From positions 1,248,001 to 1,312,000 of the forward strand of contig OY764265.1 of the NCBI GenBank assembly GCA_963668355.1: a DNA stretch of 64,000 nt. Direction: 5' to 3'. Made by a program: the position numbers and the translations under genes. This stretch comes from Bdellovibrionota bacterium (lineage in GTDB: Bacteria > Bdellovibrionota_G > JALEGL01 > DATDPG01). Below are positions 60,201 to 64,000 of this stretch, one piece after another (positions within the stretch are counted from its first letter, which is position 1; each line of letters opens with the position of its first letter). The notes beneath the pieces are model-generated. The model worked only from the letters and a program-made list of their open reading frames with translations, was not told where the DNA came from and did no database searches.

Positions 60201-60602
60201 GTTTTCGTCGTAGTTGTCGGGCAGGTTCGATTTGTTTACGAGTTTCGCGTAGAAGGAAAGAACGTGGGTGGTGGGATTATAATCCACGGTGCAGTTGTCG
60301 GGATCAATCAATCCCATGCAATAGTTGGGAGAACCAGGATCATTGTTGCTGTGGTTACGAATGGCGCAGTAGTATGAACCCGCAGAATTCTCATACGTAC
60401 TTAAGGCATTTACGCCAGATGTAAGGGGGGCTCCTGTGTCTCGATCAACTTGTGTGTACGTAACCGTGTTAAGCTCAGTGTCGTAGGAGGCTTTAAAGCT
60501 TCCTACAACTTTGAAATTTTCCGATTGAGAAGTGGAGGAATTGGAGCACGATAAAAGTGCAAAGGGGAGTGCAAATAGCATTACGTTTAGATTTTTAAAC
60601 AC
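57129..60602 (-). CDS. Giant lipoprotein with multiple Ig-like (Big_5/SbsA-type) repeats
   Basis: Lipobox LLSC; repeated DxTxPxVxSVxP, FSEPL, DLAGN motifs. Confidence 0.85.
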   Translation of the reverse strand: MFKNLNVMLFALPFALLSCSNSSTSQSENFKVVGSFKASYDTELNTVTYTQVDRDTGAPLTSGVNALSTYENSAGSYYCAIRNHSNNDPGSPNYCMGLIDPDNCTVDYNPTTHVLSFYAKLVNKSNLPDNYDENTNPTGYEYTYPTYYPENTYFFAPFYFTLWSLNWTDSGVVSAVNTNLSGGDCNSSDGMTLAANDTNSNNRYDCLAPDLTFDGYKTNYPGWDFTADVPGGVMAPGDDTGCVQFMQFTLSENFDIEFYFDVLAVQSDASLPSTPTVTTPSDGDYFNSNPITVTVTNCPAGGTVYVDGGLAQGSAACSATTQNVSVSLQQNQENTLSVYYIDGGLQGPAAVVNVKHDDNAPSVVSWVPANEETVVGNVARCIATFNEPLDESTFNAGSGGSCDSGNFVMCEGSTRVPGSISFSVDSTQAIYEPSGTLSSSTEYSCNVQVASGSPTTITDLAGNQLPSESIAFYTGASGEDLTAPYVRSILPVDNTTISPNSSFYVYFSEPVQESSLTATDCGSGSVPNIAVWETNSCVTSGYPTPRPYVISGTTVLNAEGDIATFTPSAAMPTNDCVAISIGSCIRDLAGNALPNTGNFNIGAYSSANQQYHTWNVFYTAPVSDSTGPNLVHVGPMLDATGVRNRIFPFVIFDEPIDVSTIIGDYFYMTEFGDPTHLGLSLQADPTLQMITYETGSNLTTSTKYVITATGAVADTSGNLMPAPQTSNFTINATADTTAPTVVSVSPSNGSTASRCAFIDIEVSEPLSEYTINGSSVTLNEVGVGNVPVDIELSDDGQSIRLIPQSSLNAGSSYRPTISVGVQDRAGNAFASTYNSTTFTAQADWTAPTISHIVPAAESSIAQNGSFAVFFSEPMDRSTLSSSNFTFPAASVSSSGSFTSGSTTVTVSSTNGFFAGMTISASRSGIYSGTTIVSVNSSTSMTISRAPYRSRNATIYGNGDTLCPNFWNVFPAIDGTWAVVNCYNNLSSANAGTVRLTTGVKDRHINSDGGNCESNSGNALGSTFDAGGYSVITSFDTTGPTVSSVSPSDGSTSVSTSVAPTVTFSEPLDPRTVIPTSIFLMDRQGNIINTTLSFSTDGTQVILTPVSALASSGFYYVVATTALRDLGGGNAYDGSGGESIEIPGVLRTCFSTDSTSCP

Positions 60603-60786
60603 ACCTAACTCCTCGGTTCACCAACGTACCGCCACGACCAAGTCGATCAACCTAAATAGATTTAACTACTACCATTATAGCGGATTTTGCGACGAAGTAA
60701 GATAGGGATCCTTGGTTGGCAAAAGTGAGCATCGCATAGATGCGACAAAGGGAAATAAAGTTGTCGCTCAAGACCAAGCGTCAATA

Positions 60787-62385
60787 TCAAGGGGCCGTTG
60801 TCGTAAGGTTCATGTTCAATCCGTCAGAGGCCGTTATTTGAATAGTGTCTCCTTCAGAAGCCCTCAGCGGAACGGAAAAGGCTCCATCTTTGCGTGCTGA
60901 GACGGTGACGGTTGTGTCGGAGACCTCGTTGATTGCTGTGACCTCAGCTTGACCGATGACAGCACCGGGCTCTCCAACAATGTTGCCAAGATTGGGGGTG
61001 AAATTCACAAGGCCTCTAAGTTCTGAAAAGCTCATTCCCGACATGTCCGGAGAATCGAGAAAATTTTGGGCCAATTCGGATACAGCCTCCTCGTCGCGAG
61101 AGGTCGTCAATAGTACATAGTGGGCGATTACGCGTTTTTCCCCAGAGGGAATGGAAAGTGTCTCCCACGTGTAAGTAACTTGAGAAGGTTCACTTCCCGT
61201 TATGCCCGGAGCATTCAGCTTCGAAGGCGCCGTGGAGTTTCCATCGTGGTAGATGAAAATGGCTGTGGGCTTGGTTTGATAAATGTCATACGGAGCCACG
61301 TATCGATCTTCCGTGGAAGGTTCTAGGTTGTCTGTATCAAATGTTAAAAGGGCAGAGTCGCTCGATGTGGTCAGTTGGGCTCCCATCTCAACATGGAGGA
61401 CGCGATCTTCCTCTCCGGAGTTTTCAAAAATTTCAAGATATCGAATGTAATCCTTACCTTGAGGCACGAAGACCTTTCTCGAAATTGAAATCGTTTCGTC
61501 TATCTCTCGAGGTCCACTTTCCTCGGGAATGGGGCCCATTAAGTTCAAAGAATCAAACGAAATCTCCCGAGCATCTTCTAGGTTGTGTGTCCCCGTGGGA
61601 ACCTTTGGAAAGTAGTTGCCTCCAAGAGGAGTCTCGAACACTTCTTCGGCAAGTAGAAGCCACAAGGCGCCTTCTGAGAAAAGTTTTTCCAACGACTCAT
61701 GGTTGTTTGCGCAGAGAGTTCCATCTTCTTCGACATCAAAACGAAATTGATCTCCTTCAAGGAGAAAGAAGGTGGCTCCGATGCCGCAAATATTTGTGTC
61801 GGAATCGAAAGAGGCCTGCGTGATGGTTTGAGACTGCTCCAGTGAATCGGAGGGAAGTGCAGAGACCTGTGCGCCCGAAGCCAAAGCAATTTGCCGGCCA
61901 ACCGTTGTTTTAAGAAAGGATAAAATTCCATCTGAGTCGTCAAGTTCTGGGGGGGAATCTCCTGAAAAAACGATGTCGACAATTTCTCGAATTTCGGACG
62001 CCGTGAAATCGGAAAGTGTTCGTCCTCCTTCCGATGCGGTGATGTCACTGATGAGTTGCACCAAACCTTCCGTATAGGGGTGTACGCGGTAGGAATCCGA
62101 TCCCCCGGCATAGAATCCTCTCAACAAAACACCGTTGGTTTCGGTGGCCATAATGGTTCCGGCATTGGTGTTCGGATCCAGGTTGAACAAAAATAGGCCC
62201 TCAGAACTTGTTGTGCTTGTGTCCAGAATGGTGACTTCTTCTCCCGTGTCGTCCATGGTCGAAAGACGAATAACCTGACCTTCCGGGGAGGTTCCATCAA
62301 ATTGTGTGAATATTCCCGTCCTCGAGTCTGAACAAGCAGAAAGAGCGCCTACGAGCAGGATTAAAGTCAAAAAGAAATGATACAT
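60787..62385 (-). CDS. Large acidic surface lipoprotein (paralogue of 55448)
   Basis: Lipobox LSAC; SRKVFVP..RYLEIFEN, PDMSGMS. Confidence 0.8.
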   Translation of the reverse strand: MYHFFLTLILLVGALSACSDSRTGIFTQFDGTSPEGQVIRLSTMDDTGEEVTILDTSTTSSEGLFLFNLDPNTNAGTIMATETNGVLLRGFYAGGSDSYRVHPYTEGLVQLISDITASEGGRTLSDFTASEIREIVDIVFSGDSPPELDDSDGILSFLKTTVGRQIALASGAQVSALPSDSLEQSQTITQASFDSDTNICGIGATFFLLEGDQFRFDVEEDGTLCANNHESLEKLFSEGALWLLLAEEVFETPLGGNYFPKVPTGTHNLEDAREISFDSLNLMGPIPEESGPREIDETISISRKVFVPQGKDYIRYLEIFENSGEEDRVLHVEMGAQLTTSSDSALLTFDTDNLEPSTEDRYVAPYDIYQTKPTAIFIYHDGNSTAPSKLNAPGITGSEPSQVTYTWETLSIPSGEKRVIAHYVLLTTSRDEEAVSELAQNFLDSPDMSGMSFSELRGLVNFTPNLGNIVGEPGAVIGQAEVTAINEVSDTTVTVSARKDGAFSVPLRASEGDTIQITASDGLNMNLTTTAP

Positions 62386-62404
62386 TCAAAAATCAATCTA
62401 CCTA

Positions 62405-64000
62405 TTACGGAACCGAAAAGGTAGTTCTTAGAACTCCGGGGAAAGAAGTGTTTTCCCCTCCGTCTCCATCATAGGGATTGCCTCCACTCAAGTCTCTTAC
62501 AGCCGTTGTTGCAATAATATAATAGGTTCCCGAAGGTAGCGTTTGATCGGGTGTGATGGTTACTTGAGTCGCATCTGTTGAAAGGCTCAATCGCGCACTA
62601 CGACGATCTCCTTTTTCTCCCATCAGAAAAATAGTGGAAGGGATCATCGTTCGAGGGTCAATGGCCTCATTGAATGTGATGACAGGGGCGATCGACGATG
62701 AAACTCCCGTTGAACCATCGGAGGGAGAAACCGAAGTGATAGTTGGAGAAGTTGTGTCATTATAATTTGAAACGGTGAAGCTTGTAGAATGATTCGACGA
62801 CATACGATTTCCGGAGTCAGCTTCACAGCTTTGGTTGTTAGTGGGGTGATAATAGTCTCGAACATTCGTGTTGACGGACAAAGACCAACCGTATCCGGAA
62901 TTCATTTCATTGATGCAGTTGACCATGGCGATAGTTCCGTCTTTGATAGCATTAATGATGGGGGTGCAATTGTTCATGCTGACGTTGGATGCCGTCAAAG
63001 TGGAGCGGTCCATTTCTTCAGAGAAAAACACAGCAAAGGTTTGGTTTCTAGGCACGTTTCCCCCGGATGGCACAACATGCGTGACGGTGGGTGCCTCGCT
63101 TTCCTGGCAGGCAGTGTAGATCGTGGATTGGTAGGTTGAGGAAAGGACATTCCCGGCTCGATCACGGACGCCATCAATCTCGATGTAGTATCTGCGACGG
63201 TCTCCACCGCACGCTCCTCCGGAGCGAAAAGCATTCACAGGAACGACCCTTACGCTCATGGCATCGTCAGATATTTCTAGAGCGGCCGGTTTTACCTCTG
63301 GCGTGCAAGAGGTTGGGCCCGCCAAATTATAGACGGCAATGTTTCCCGAGGTGATGCTGGTTGTGTCCAAAGGCTCTGAAAACACCACATCAAATGTCGA
63401 ACATTTTGAGATGTAATTTCCACTCGTCCCGCAGCTTCCAGGAGATGAAACCCACTCTTGGTCTGGAGTGACACTCAAGACCATCGGCGGGGTTGTGTCA
63501 GCAGTGGAAGAAACTTCAAAATCGGAGGTTTGTGGAGCGACCATTTGGTTTCCGTCGTAATCAGAAACGGCTCCAGTGGCTGTTTGAACATGTCTGGCGG
63601 TTGTCGTGTCGTTCAACACCGAAGAGGGGTCAATCGTGATGACTTGGCTGGTCGTATCGTATCGAACCTTAGCTCCGAGCGGATCCGGGTAACCAAATTT
63701 GGTAAGGAAAAAATAATCCGAAATGGCTGTAGATGGGTCAATGGTTTCATCGAATACAAAGAAGGGCTCGATGGTTTGTTTAACGTCGGTAGCCGAAGTG
63801 ATGGGTCCTACATGAACGAGCGTCGGCGCTGTGGTGTCAGAGGTTCCCGTGAAAAATACATCATACGTATTGTAAAGGATGTCAGCGTTATAGGCCCCGA
63901 TGCTTCTTTCCCCTCGGGAAGGCAATGTGTTTCCAGCCAGGTCTGCAATGCATGCCGAAATGACAAACCCAAAGCAATAATCATCCTGAAGTGGGTTTGT
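62405..64000 (-). CDS. Ig-like (Big_5) repeat protein, paralogue of 57129; 5' part outside the window
   Basis: Frame stays open to the window end (..CFGFVISACIADLAGNTLP..); shared C-terminus RDLSGGNPYDG..PGVLRT. Confidence 0.85.
   Translation of the reverse strand, partial: TNPLQDDYCFGFVISACIADLAGNTLPSRGERSIGAYNADILYNTYDVFFTGTSDTTAPTLVHVGPITSATDVKQTIEPFFVFDETIDPSTAISDYFFLTKFGYPDPLGAKVRYDTTSQVITIDPSSVLNDTTTARHVQTATGAVSDYDGNQMVAPQTSDFEVSSTADTTPPMVLSVTPDQEWVSSPGSCGTSGNYISKCSTFDVVFSEPLDTTSITSGNIAVYNLAGPTSCTPEVKPAALEISDDAMSVRVVPVNAFRSGGACGGDRRRYYIEIDGVRDRAGNVLSSTYQSTIYTACQESEAPTVTHVVPSGGNVPRNQTFAVFFSEEMDRSTLTASNVSMNNCTPIINAIKDGTIAMVNCINEMNSGYGWSLSVNTNVRDYYHPTNNQSCEADSGNRMSSNHSTSFTVSNYNDTTSPTITSVSPSDGSTGVSSSIAPVITFNEAIDPRTMIPSTIFLMGEKGDRRSARLSLSTDATQVTITPDQTLPSGTYYIIATTAVRDLSGGNPYDGDGGENTSFPGVLRTTFSVP

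Overview
Bacterial chromosome segment; the gene content (Ig-repeat lipoproteins, many sigma-54 and two-component genes) suggests a delta-proteobacteria/Bdellovibrionota/Myxococcota-like organism, which is an inference. 1-18.6 kb is mostly core: MltD-like transglycosylase, a peptidase-like/Omp85 fusion, Leu dehydrogenase, NlpC/P60, HIT, argS, acyl-CoA ligase, tRNA-Lys preceded by three 186-bp promoter-containing repeats, a USP/Crp-Fnr/hemerythrin cluster, a GT2 + GT-C pair, tRNA-Phe and FadL. 18.6-39.3 kb is an accessory signalling region: hybrid kinases, an NtrC-type activator, duplicated stand-alone DHp + receiver modules, two ATP-grasp ligases, an MFS, and a peptide-binding protein coupled to a kinase. 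39.3-50.4 kb holds secreted proteins behind sigma-54-type promoters: three paralogues of an unrecognised family (two with Gly-rich hairpin motifs, possibly pore-forming), transglutaminase-like proteins and a catalytically degenerate trypsin-like protein. 51.7-55.4 kb is a candidate RiPP cluster: a 59-aa precursor with a YxxPxL leader and a Cys-free Pro/Ala/Val core, a radical SAM enzyme, a PqqD/RRE, an acyltransferase, a nucleotidyltransferase and an S24/S26 peptidase. It lies directly downstream of a duplicated pair of large surface lipoprotein genes (55.4-64 kb). All calls come from reading motifs by eye; no searches were run.
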